A stretch of DNA of 64,000 nucleotides from Oopsacas minuta (lineage: Eukaryota; Animalia; Porifera): the NCBI GenBank assembly GCA_024704765.1, contig JAKMXF010000033.1, positions 310,001-374,000 on the forward strand, written 5' to 3'. The number at the start of each line of letters is the position of its first letter. The stretch's first letter is position 1. Of the stretch, positions 46,535 through 56,344 are shown one piece after another. The notes below the pieces were generated by a model. It saw only the letters and a program-made list of their open reading frames with translations. It had not been told where the DNA came from and ran no database searches. The position numbers and the translations under genes were made by a program.

Positions 46535-47854
46535 CTAAATTAAAGAATTTACATAACTTATAAATTTGTAAAATATTAAGAAACTCACTTCAATTCTATC
46601 CAATACTCCAATCAACTTGTCTACTTCCTCTACAGTATTGTAGTGCATGAATGATACTCTAACTACACCCACATCCAAGGCTATACCCAGTCTCTCACAT
46701 ATACGATAAGCCTGTAAGTGACCCTGTCTTACATACAGATTATTACTAGAACAAACTTGCTCGATTTTGTATGGAGAGATGGTGGAATGTTGAAATGAGA
46801 TAATCCCGACTCTACCTTTGATAGAGCTAGTTTTTGGGCCGAATAATCGGTAACAAGATTTGCTAAGCAGAAACTCAATAAATTTAGTGATTAGAAATTG
46901 TTCAAACTTTTCCATAACCTGATAAGCTCTCACTATAATATCCCTGGTACAAACTGTAGAAATAGGTTGTCTTAGAATTGTATTAAAGTAGTCAGTCAAA
47001 CCATGAAAAGCAAATAAATTTCCAGCTTGAAAAGGGCCACCTATCTCAAACTGTTTTAAATAGTTCGATTTATCCTGGTATCGATTCCCTAACCCTGGTA
47101 TAGAATCAAAATCCTTTCTCTTCCCATATAACACACCAAATCCAGGAGCACATGCTTTATAGCTTGCAAAGAAATAGAAATTACAATCAATATCTTGTAC
47201 ATTAGGACATTTATGTGGTACATACTGTGCGCCATCTACGACTACAACTACTGAGTTATTCATTGCACGTATGTCCTGTATAAGCTCTTTACAATTGTTA
47301 ACTTCTCCCAGTAAATTTGATGTATTAGAGAATGTTACTATTTTAGTACGACTGTTAACCAATGACGTCACATTGTCTATACAATTGTATCCATCTTGAG
47401 TAAACTCCCAGAAGCGGATAACAACGCCCTGCTTCTGTAGGTCTAACCATGGAGAGATATTGCATTCATGGTTAGAAGTACTGACAATAATCTCATCGCC
47501 TGGTACTAGAATATGTCCGTAAGCTATTGCGAGTAGTCTAACTAGTAGCGTGGCAGATTGACCTAACACAACTATTTCATCTCCTGCGTTTAACCATAAC
47601 TTTATGACGTCACGAGCAGAGTCTAGCTTCTCAGTTGTCTGTTTAGAGAGAAGAGAAGATTCACCTGTATTAAAATTGTGTAGTGTTACGTATTCTATTT
47701 CTCTGTCTATGAGGAAATGAGGGGTTTGACTACAAGCTGCGTTATTGAACAAAGCCCAACCACTTTTGCTACCAACTAGACCAACCCCAGAGAGAGCAGG
47801 GAACAGATCACGTATGTATGTAGATGTTATAGCTTGTTCTATATCGTTAGACAT
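46535..47854 (-). CDS. PLP-dependent class V aminotransferase / cysteine-desulfurase-like protein (bacterial-type subfamily without the persulfide Cys)
   Basis: FNNAACSQTP, PGDEIIVS..NHECNISPW, VVDGAQYVPH, FASYK (PLP lysine) and VVRVSFMHYNTVEEV. A GTGAGT donor at 46588 suggests the last few residues may come from an unresolved terminal exon. Confidence 0.88.
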   Translation of the reverse strand: MSNDIEQAITSTYIRDLFPALSGVGLVGSKSGWALFNNAACSQTPHFLIDREIEYVTLHNFNTGESSLLSKQTTEKLDSARDVIKLWLNAGDEIVVLGQSATLLVRLLAIAYGHILVPGDEIIVSTSNHECNISPWLDLQKQGVVIRFWEFTQDGYNCIDNVTSLVNSRTKIVTFSNTSNLLGEVNNCKELIQDIRAMNNSVVVVVDGAQYVPHKCPNVQDIDCNFYFFASYKACAPGFGVLYGKRKDFDSIPGLGNRYQDKSNYLKQFEIGGPFQAGNLFAFHGLTDYFNTILRQPISTVCTRDIIVRAYQVMEKFEQFLITKFIEFLLSKSCYRLFGPKTSSIKGRVGIISFQHSTISPYKIEQVCSSNNLYVRQGHLQAYRICERLGIALDVGVVRVSFMHYNTVEEVDKLIGVLDRIEVSFLIFYKFISYVNSLI

Positions 47855-47918
47855 GTCTATCACTCAAATAACTACGTATATAATTAATATTTCTGTGATT
47901 GGTAACTCATATATTATA

Positions 47919-48054
47919 CTGTGAATGCGGTCATAAGAACACCCTTGGGAATAGCAATACATGTTCTTATAACCGGAAAATATACAGGAATATATGAAAA
48001 CGGTTTTCCCTGAAGATGGTGCTTATAGCGGCGTTCTTAAACCAACATCAAATG
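47919..48054. mobile_element. MITE family B (decayed)
   Basis: CTGTGAATGCGGTCATAAGAACAC ... GATGGTGCTTATA ... AACCAACATCAAATG|TA. Confidence 0.72.
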
Positions 48055-48605
48055 TATGAAGTGTGAAATAAACAGAATTATTCATTACAATATAATACTA
48101 TTGTTAATAATTATTCTCAATCTCTATTTGTATTAATATTCTGTCTCATACGTCTTCTCTCATCTATTTGCATCTTATGTACAGCATATACTGTATACAT
48201 TGAAACTGCTAATGACAAGTATAGAAGGAGAGAAGGACCTGAATATCTCATAGCAAAATCGTGTATAATCAATATTGTAGTGATAGCTAGGAGTCAATCA
48301 TTATAAAAACTAATTACAAAAGTAAAAGAATAAAAAAATTTTGTTTAGAGAGGTGTATATACAGGGCTTACAGCCTGTATATACACCCCACTAGGGGAGG
48401 CAGATACGTACTCCTAGGGCCGCTTGTAGGAAGCTCCGGGTATTTCCCCTAAAATAGATCGTCTAGCTGCCTAGGCGGATGAGTGGGTAGTTATTTCACG
48501 CGACAGCCCTAGGGAATAATAAAGTTTAAAATTTAAGAATATGTTTCAAAGAGCATACAAACTAAGAGTATTTACACGAATAACTAATTCAGAGTAAAAA
48601 TAAAT

Positions 48606-51317
48606 TCATTCCAAGAGGCCAACTATCACCATAAGAGAGATACCCAACCCAAAGGTAAATATCTCCACGAGAGATCTCAATTTAGATTTAGAAGTAAGCA
48701 TTTCCGGTAGTATAGATACACATCCAATGTATATAAATCCTCCAGCAGTGAATGCTAGTATATAGCTAGTAGCAGATTGAAATAGGTTCTCTGCATAGAG
48801 ACCACAACATGTCCCAAGCATAGCTCCTATAGCTGTTACTAACTGCATTAGCATAGCTCTGGATTTAGAAAATCCTGAACGGACAAGTATAGCAAAGTCT
48901 CCAACTTCATGTGGAATCTCGTGTAGTAATATAGTCAGTGATGTCACTAGACCGACATTAGCACTGATGAGGAAAGAAGCACCGATAGCAAGACCGTCTG
49001 TATAGTTATGTGTGAAGTCAGCTATCAGGTTGAGGTAAGCTGAGATTTTTATCCCGGGGATAGACGAGACAGAAGGGGCCGTTTTCGTAGGAATGGGGTT
49101 TGGCTTTATAGCAGTGTTTTTCTTCTTTTTAGGAGAAGATGGTGGTTTCGTATCCGTTTTCTCTGTGACAGTTACTTCCTTCTCAATCTCTTTCTTCTTC
49201 TCGTTGTGGTAAGTACCCTCTTTCTTCCCGTGTGAGTGTGAGTGGCCACTGAAATCGATAATAGCTTTCTCTATCAGAAAGAACATAACTACCCCACTGA
49301 GAATAAAGCAACCTATAATAATCTCATCGTTATGAGAGTGCACTTCTGATTCGTGATCATGCTCTGAATGTTGAGAGTGTGAGTGTGGAGATACTGCATG
49401 GGGAATGAGATGTAGAAATGCGTCCCCTAATAGTCCCCCCGCTGCGAAACTTAACAGAGCCTGTGTGAAGGCAGATTCCTGAGAGTTACTAGCAGGTAGA
49501 GGGAGTAGGATAAGTACAGGGGCTATGCTGATTATTGCTGTTGCAGTGAATGCATATTTTATGCTAGCGCCAAATGATAAGTCTCTATCTGCTAAGTCAA
49601 TTGGAATATATTTGTTAATAAAGCACAATACCTTAGTGATATATACAGACTCATGTTTGTGAGAATGTTCCTCTCCATGAGAATTAAATTCCTCTTCGTG
49701 AGAATGAGATTCCGGGATATCTGATGAAACAATAACTTCAGGCTCCGGTATATCGGTTGGAGCAATTACTTCAGGCTCCGGTATATCTGATGGAGCAATA
49801 ACTTCAGGTTCCGGTATATCTGATGGAGCAATAACTTCAGGTTCCGGTATATCTGATGGAGCAATGACTTCAGGTTCCGGTATATCTGATGGAGCAATGA
49901 CTTCAGGATCCGGTATATCGGTTGGAGCAATGACTTCAGGTTCCGGTATATCTGATGGAGCAATGACTTCAGGATCCGGTATATCGGTTGGAGCAATGAC
50001 TTCAGGTTCCGGTATATCTGATGGAGCAATGACTTCAGGATCCGGTATATCGGTTGGAGCAATGACTTCAGGTTCCGGTATATCTGATGGAGCAATAACT
50101 TCAGGTTCCGGTATATCTGTTGGAATTATGACTCCAGGCTCCGGTATATCTGATGGAGCAATAACTTCAGGTTCCGGTATATCTGATGGAGCAATAACTT
50201 CAGGTTCCGGTATATCTGATGGAGCAATAACTTCAGGTTCCGGTATATCTGATGGAGCAATGACTTCAGGATCCGGTATATCGGTTGGAGCAATGACTTC
50301 AGGTTCCGGTATATCTGATGGAGCAATGACTTCAGGATCCGGTATATCGGTTGGAGCAATGACTTCAGGTTCCGGTATATCTGATGGAGCAATGACTTCA
50401 GGATCCGGTATATCGGTTGGAGCAATGACTTCAGGTTCCGGTATATCTGATGGAGCAATAACTTCAGGTTCCGGTATATCTGTTGGAATTATGACTCCAG
50501 GCTCCGGTATATCGGTTGGAGCAATGACTTCAGGTTCCTGTATATCAGGAGCTATAACTTCAGGTTCCGGGATATCTGTTGGAGTTACGACTTCAGGATC
50601 CGGTATATCTTTTGGAGTTACGACTTCAGGTTCCGGTATATCTGTTGGTGTAATGACTTCAGGTTTCTGTATATCAGGAGCCATAACTTCAGGCTCCGGG
50701 ATATCTGTTGGAGTTACGACTTCAGGTTCCGGTATATCTGTTGGAGTTATGATTTCAGGTTCCGGTATATCTGACGGAGTAATTACTTCAGGCTCCGGTA
50801 TATCTATTGGAGTTATGACTTCAGGCTCCGGTATATCTGATGGAGTAATTACTTCAGGCACCGGTATATCTATTGGAGTTATGACTTCAGGTTCCGGTAT
50901 ATCTGTTGGAGCAGTGACTTCAGGTTCCGGTATATCTGATGGAGCAATAACTTCAGGTTCCGGTATATCTGATGGAGCAATAACTTCAGGTTCCGGGATA
51001 TCTGTTGGAGTTATGACTTCAGGTTCCGGTATATCTGTTGGAGCAGTGACTTCAGGTTCCGGTATATCTGATGGAGCAATAACTTCAGGCTCCGGTATAT
51101 CTGATGGAGCAATAACTTCAGGCTCCGGTATATCTGATGGAGCAATAACTTCAGGTTCCGGTATATCTGATGGAGTAATGACTTCAGGTTCCGGTCTATC
51201 TAATGGAGTTATGACTTCAGGCTCCGGTATATCTGATTGTGTTTTAACCTTTTTTGATATCAAGAATGAAGGTGACAAGAGTAATAGTGTTCCTAGAAGG
51301 AACAAATTACACTTCAT
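48606..51317 (-). CDS. SLC39A7: Zinc transporter ZIP7 (LIV-1 subfamily) with a roughly 500-aa acidic tandem-repeat N-terminus
   Basis: Signal peptide, repeat, His-rich HSHEEE, LLSFAAGGLLGDAFLHLIPHA, AYLNLIADFTHNYTDGLAIGASF, HEIPHEVGDFAIL and AFTAGGFIY. Confidence 0.95.
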   Translation of the reverse strand: MKCNLFLLGTLLLLSPSFLISKKVKTQSDIPEPEVITPLDRPEPEVITPSDIPEPEVIAPSDIPEPEVIAPSDIPEPEVIAPSDIPEPEVTAPTDIPEPEVITPTDIPEPEVIAPSDIPEPEVIAPSDIPEPEVTAPTDIPEPEVITPIDIPVPEVITPSDIPEPEVITPIDIPEPEVITPSDIPEPEIITPTDIPEPEVVTPTDIPEPEVMAPDIQKPEVITPTDIPEPEVVTPKDIPDPEVVTPTDIPEPEVIAPDIQEPEVIAPTDIPEPGVIIPTDIPEPEVIAPSDIPEPEVIAPTDIPDPEVIAPSDIPEPEVIAPTDIPDPEVIAPSDIPEPEVIAPTDIPDPEVIAPSDIPEPEVIAPSDIPEPEVIAPSDIPEPEVIAPSDIPEPGVIIPTDIPEPEVIAPSDIPEPEVIAPTDIPDPEVIAPSDIPEPEVIAPTDIPDPEVIAPSDIPEPEVIAPTDIPDPEVIAPSDIPEPEVIAPSDIPEPEVIAPSDIPEPEVIAPSDIPEPEVIAPTDIPEPEVIVSSDIPESHSHEEEFNSHGEEHSHKHESVYITKVLCFINKYIPIDLADRDLSFGASIKYAFTATAIISIAPVLILLPLPASNSQESAFTQALLSFAAGGLLGDAFLHLIPHAVSPHSHSQHSEHDHESEVHSHNDEIIIGCFILSGVVMFFLIEKAIIDFSGHSHSHGKKEGTYHNEKKKEIEKEVTVTEKTDTKPPSSPKKKKNTAIKPNPIPTKTAPSVSSIPGIKISAYLNLIADFTHNYTDGLAIGASFLISANVGLVTSLTILLHEIPHEVGDFAILVRSGFSKSRAMLMQLVTAIGAMLGTCCGLYAENLFQSATSYILAFTAGGFIYIGCVSILPEMLTSKSKLRSLVEIFTFGLGISLMVIVGLLE
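49725..51236 (-). repeat. Coding minisatellite: about 46 units of 33 bp (two of 30 bp) encoding [S/T]DIP[E/D]PEVI[A/T]P
   Basis: Counted from the translation: 44 units of 11 aa and 2 of 10 aa; includes a 363-bp higher-order duplication. Confidence 0.97.
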
Positions 51318-51547
51318 AGCTAGAACTATAGCCTACTGCCCTACTATAATTAGAATAGGCTATGCTAGAACAAATATAAGATTTGATAACTGCAAATTCA
51401 GAATTCAGGGCCGTTCAAAGTGAATAAAGTTCCCTGAACATATTCATTTCTTGTCATAGTCCATACATATAACAAATCATATTTATGATTATATAAAAAG
51501 TGTTCAAATTCAAAAAGATACCTACAAACAGCTATTAATAAATAAAA

Positions 51548-52456
51548 TCAGTTAGCAATCATTTCACGAAGTCTTGTATTAACCATCAATACGCCAGGTC
51601 TAATATCAGGATCTAAGGCTAAAATCCATCTAAGTAACTCCCCAAAACCCTGACTATACCTGCCTCCCCTTTGAGCAGTGGGTATACACAAACGTCCACT
51701 TAGTGTACTCATAACAGTTCCATCAAATGGAGGCTCTCCGTATGCCATGGTGTATATAGTACAGCCCAGAGACCATACATCTGTCTTAGCAGTTATCAAC
51801 CCGGGCGAGGGGCAATCGAACAGTTCAGGAGCTCTGAATGTAGCAGTGCTCTCCTGAGCTGCTCTTTCCTGTAAGACAAGTGCCTCCTGTCTGTTGTTGA
51901 TCCTAACCTCTGCTTCTCGTACACTCCCTAAATCCATGAGCACTGCATGACTCATGTCATCTGGTAGAAGTACATTATCAGGCTTTAGGTCCCTATGAGC
52001 TAATGGTGGTGTTAAGCTATGCATGTATTCTAATCCATTACATATTGAAATGCTTAGAGTTATAATTAACAACTGTTTCTTGTCCAGTACTTTCTGATCA
52101 GCTCCCTCTCTTACATTAGGATCTATCCAATTCTGTATTGTACCTCTTGAATAGTAAGGAAATACAAGTCTTGCTTCTTGTGAATTATTGGATCTCTTCA
52201 AGAAATCATGATTGAGTAGAGATAATATATTTGGATGTGTTAGTTTCTGGTGTATACTGATTTCATGTAATACTGCATTCTCCTGTTCTTCATAAGCTAT
52301 TTCTATACGTTTCAAGGCTAGCTGTCTGCCTGTAGGATCTGCGACTAGGTCTACAAACGAGAATGCCCCCTCTCCTATTCTTCGCACCACTCTATAGTTG
52401 ACCTCTCCAACCTGTAGTCGATTGAACCCGAATAAGAATGATATCCATCCTCCCAT
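51548..52456 (-). CDS. STK16: Serine/threonine kinase 16 (NAK family)
   Basis: MG N-terminus, IGEGAFSFVDLV, ALKRI, AHRDLKPDNVLL, MDLGS, LQERAAQESTATFRAPELF, DVWSLGCTIY and RPG. Confidence 0.92.
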   Translation of the reverse strand: MGGWISFLFGFNRLQVGEVNYRVVRRIGEGAFSFVDLVADPTGRQLALKRIEIAYEEQENAVLHEISIHQKLTHPNILSLLNHDFLKRSNNSQEARLVFPYYSRGTIQNWIDPNVREGADQKVLDKKQLLIITLSISICNGLEYMHSLTPPLAHRDLKPDNVLLPDDMSHAVLMDLGSVREAEVRINNRQEALVLQERAAQESTATFRAPELFDCPSPGLITAKTDVWSLGCTIYTMAYGEPPFDGTVMSTLSGRLCIPTAQRGGRYSQGFGELLRWILALDPDIRPGVLMVNTRLREMIAN

Positions 52457-52822
52457 AATCTAGTTATCTGATAACTAATAAATACCTATTCTATACTATT
52501 AAACACCTTTGCAGTTCCTGATAAATACAGTAGAACTTCGTTAGTACAAACATTTTGGACCATTCAATGGTTTTGGAATACAAATGACACCGGTTAATGC
52601 GAATTTCGTAAAGGCGAACCTTATTTGACTGTTACTTGGTGTTCAGAATAAATCGTGGGGATAATATTGCCAACAAATAGTATACTATATTCAGTTGGTA
52701 AAATTCAAAATAAATTAATCCTACATTTGCAACGGAATCAATACTTAAATCGCTGATAATGCAAGATCTAAATGCGAGACAAACAAACTATATAGACAAT
52801 TCACAGCCAATATATCAGTGTG

Positions 52823-55093
52823 CTATAGATATTCAGCTTCTTGTTCATATGCTGTACCAAACTGCGCATGCCCAACAGAAACCTTTTGCTTCATCATATT
52901 AGCTCTCAATAGAAGATAAGCTGTTTGTTGGTTGTAGGCACGGCCTGCTTCTAGAACATGCTTAAAGCTCAGCATTCTAGGATCTACACTTCGTGAGTAT
53001 AGGATTTTGGCATTAGCATCGATTCTACCTTGAATCTTCCCTTCTAGAATTAGAGAGCTTATCTCATCCTCTAACTCTCCTAGAAACAAACATGGTGTGT
53101 TGGCATGTTTAATAATCACAGTGTATGCTGTTAAAAGTACCTCTTGGGAGTAACAATATATGCTATTATAACCGGTATATAATATACAGGAATATGTGAA
53201 ACCGTGTTCCAGGCGGTGGTGCATATATCCGGTATGTTCTTATAACCAGCATCTATTGTATCTAATAGAGTTAATTTATACTCACCAATTGTTGACTCGA
53301 ATGATTCAGCCATCTTATTCATATCAACAGAAGAATAGGGTGTGAAATATTGTACCAATGCTCTCCTCCTGATCTCCCCCAGTAACCTTGTAACGTGTGG
53401 TGCAAGAAAGGGGTCTAATAACAGGTCTCCTTGTATGGAGCGTAGTGATCCGAGACAAGCAGTATACTTAGAGTCATAAAACTGACAAATAGCATTCCGT
53501 AAAGTAGGTTCCAGTTCTAAGAATTCTTTGAAAGTGTTACTTGATATAACCTATTAGAATACAATTAGAATCAAGGCTTAATTCATGGTACTTTATATAC
53601 TAACCTTATTGTTGAGATCTGGTCGATCATAAGTAGCTAGAGCACACAAACCAGCATAAATAGCTACGTCATGAGCTGATAATATCTCAGGAAAATCAAA
53701 TGCATCTACTGATAGCTGTAAGAAATAGCGAGCAGCATTCTTATACCTTTCTAAACACATCTCTGCTAGCCCAACTGCAGCTAGTAACCTAAAAGAATAA
53801 ATAAATTGACAGATATCTTATGGATATTTTTTCGGAATTGATTGAGGCACTGGTAAGAGCTACAAACTTGAAATTTGCACGTATGGTCCAGTGTGGGATA
53901 TTGTGTATCTAGGAACATATTGTTATCTCTAAGCGATAACTCTTAAACTCTCTGAGGAAATTACGTAAATAAACAAACCGTTACCTTGATTTTATCTTGA
54001 GCATATCTGCCTGCTTAGCAAGTTGTTTATTAGATATTATCCCATAAGAATCTGCCTTGTTATAATAATTAATTACGGTACTCCAGTTTCCCACAAACAC
54101 AGATACCACTATAATATTCAAATACAGTCCATAGAAGTGTTTATCACTTAGACAGTAGTCTTTAGCACGTGAGTAGCATTTGAAGGCATTCGTTAGGTCA
54201 CCGCACTTGAGGTAGTGATCTCCTAGATCATCATAACCACGACGTATACTCTCTTTTATTGAATGAGATCTGTAAAATGTTAGAAATGGTTACACATAGC
54301 AATGTATACAGTGAGGTTTGCCTTTTAGCAATATTCGATTAATACAGCCAATTCCGGTGATTTCAAAGCTCAAGGGACCGCGATAATTACTTCGATATAA
54401 CCGGTGAAATATGTTACCTACCTTGACGGTTTTGAACCATAGTTATACAATTTCAGACCTCGATATATCCGTGTTAGATATTCGGGGAGTTGACTGTGGC
54501 AAGTTTGACTTAGATTCCCTTTTGTATTGGAAATAATTCCTCTAATAGCAAGTTCGCGTATTAGCAAGGGAAATTCGTGCACACACGACTTGCTAATAGG
54601 CGAACTCCACTGGCATTATTGGTTCATAATAAGGGTTATTCTAACCTAAAACTTTTGAGATCTTTATCCAGTGTTTCTAGTATAAGACTTGATTGTCTCT
54701 TACGGTCTTCTATCCAACTGATCGCCTCAGGACAAGTTGAAGAATCTTTAGGATCCTTTGTAAGGTGATGACGTATATTACAAATATCCTAAAAACATAT
54801 AAATATAGTAGAAATGGTAATAATTAGGACAATTTACTACAAACCTGGAATGCTGCTATATTGAATGTAGACTTAACTTCTTCCACAGCATAGTGCGTAG
54901 CATCTAGGGCTAGCATTGGACAGTGTTTAGCTATATGGATGAGACGTTTTATCTTCATAAGTCCTGAATAACTCTGAGAGATAGCATCAAGATCTAGGGA
55001 TGTATTCTCTACCGTATAGTCATCTAGTTCTTTCGTATCTTTAGTTGCAGATTCTACATGTAAGCTAGCACCTTGTGATTTGAACACTGCCAT
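52823..55093 (-). CDS. GPS1: COP9 signalosome subunit 1 (6 exons, about 460 aa)
   Basis: Exons 55093-54845, 54788-54646, 54269-53985, 53788-53605, 53550-53286 and 53079-52823 join in frame through GT-AG introns. Contains [60 protein letters not shown] and IQGRID. Confidence 0.96.
53119..53258. mobile_element. MITE family B in GPS1 intron 5
   Basis: CAGTGTATGCTGTTAAAAG ... TTCTTATAACCAGCATCTATTG|TA. Confidence 0.72.
54345..54496. mobile_element. MITE family A in GPS1 intron 2
   Basis: TA|CAGCCAATTCC...AAGCTCAAGGGACCGCGATAATTACTTCGATATAACC ... GGGGAGTTGACTG. Confidence 0.82.
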
Positions 55094-56344
55094 CTAAGCA
55101 GGTATAGCTAGGATAGTTTGCAAGATAATTAAATTCGCAAGATAACACGTATTTCAAAACACTGATGTAGAACAAATTTTTATCAATAAGGGTTATCATT
55201 CATTATTCTAGGTTTGCCAGTACAATAATGTCTCATTGGTAGAATTTCACAGACCAGAAGGTTCTAATATTCCGCAGGCAGGTCAGGCTGCGAATTTTGT
55301 CACTTATATTTTATGGAAACGAAGCAATAAATAGGAGTTAATTAGGTCCAGCATGCTCGTTTTGAGCTGCGAATTGTGCAAAACAATTAGATTGTTTCCG
55401 GAAGACAAACTTACTAATACAAATTCCTGTCAATAAACGCAATATATATATATAAAATAAATCTCTTAAAGTGCTACGTTTTGTCTCGCAATATAAGCCT
55501 TTGAGACCCATTCATTGGACTTCAAGTTTGGGTTTCAAGTGTGTTTTTTGTGGCCTAACAGCCACAAAAGCACTCTTAGAAACCCAGGGCCAAAATAGAT
55601 AGAGGTATAAATAGGAGATAATTATTGTAAATAAGATAATAAACTTAGTATAACACTTCATTCTGAATCATAATACACAGGTCAAACACGTATACTAGTG
55701 TATCAGTTGGATCTCGGATTAATTTATATGGCTTATTGCACCTGTGGCAAGCACAGTGTATATTGACAGATAATTACATAGTTCAATTGCCTGCACTTTG
55801 TTGATGCATTCAATGTTGTATACATTGCCCAATTAGATATTTATTCTTGGCATAAGCCATCCAAGTTCTGCCAATCTTTAGTCTCTCCAGAATGTGACTA
55901 TAACTCAGCCATATAATGCAATCTTAATTGCAATTTTGTTTAGCCGTATTTCCCTTCTTTATATTGTAAGTAATTCTATGATAGCATGACCCTATGCCAG
56001 ATAATCATCATGCCATAACCACCATAGGCGGATCCAAGGGGCGCATTACTTCTAAAGGCTCTACCTTGACCTCCTATAAGTTCTCCATTGTACAATCAAA
56101 TGCATTAGTATTCTGAGCCTAACACCCGGCTGTCCAGTTCCCTCCAATGTTAGCGCATAGGGCTACCGATGATAACCACCTTCCATCATATATATAATAA
56201 AATTTACATACTAGCGAATTCTATTATTATTTCCCAAAAGACAGAGTTTGATACACACTAAGTCATAGCGTAAACTAATTTGTATAACTTTTCACTAAGA
56301 TCATATTTCATATTTCATATACATAATCATCCACCCGAATAGAA

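Noticed and set aside
48434-48452. Minus-strand TAGGGGAAATACCCGGA resembling RNase MRP CR-I
   Set aside because: No complementary P4 3' strand (GGGGCTCA-like) or other conserved regions follow.
49725-51236. 33-bp periodic array as a CRISPR
   Set aside because: Units are head-to-tail with no unique spacers, they are in frame within a eukaryotic gene, and there are no cas genes.
49864-51423. 519-aa antisense ORF of MTSGSGISDGA repeats, plus frame-shifted ORFs 49766-50095 and 50126-50458
   Set aside because: A stop-free repeat unit automatically yields long frames on other strands; these have no independent domain and end shortly outside the repeat.
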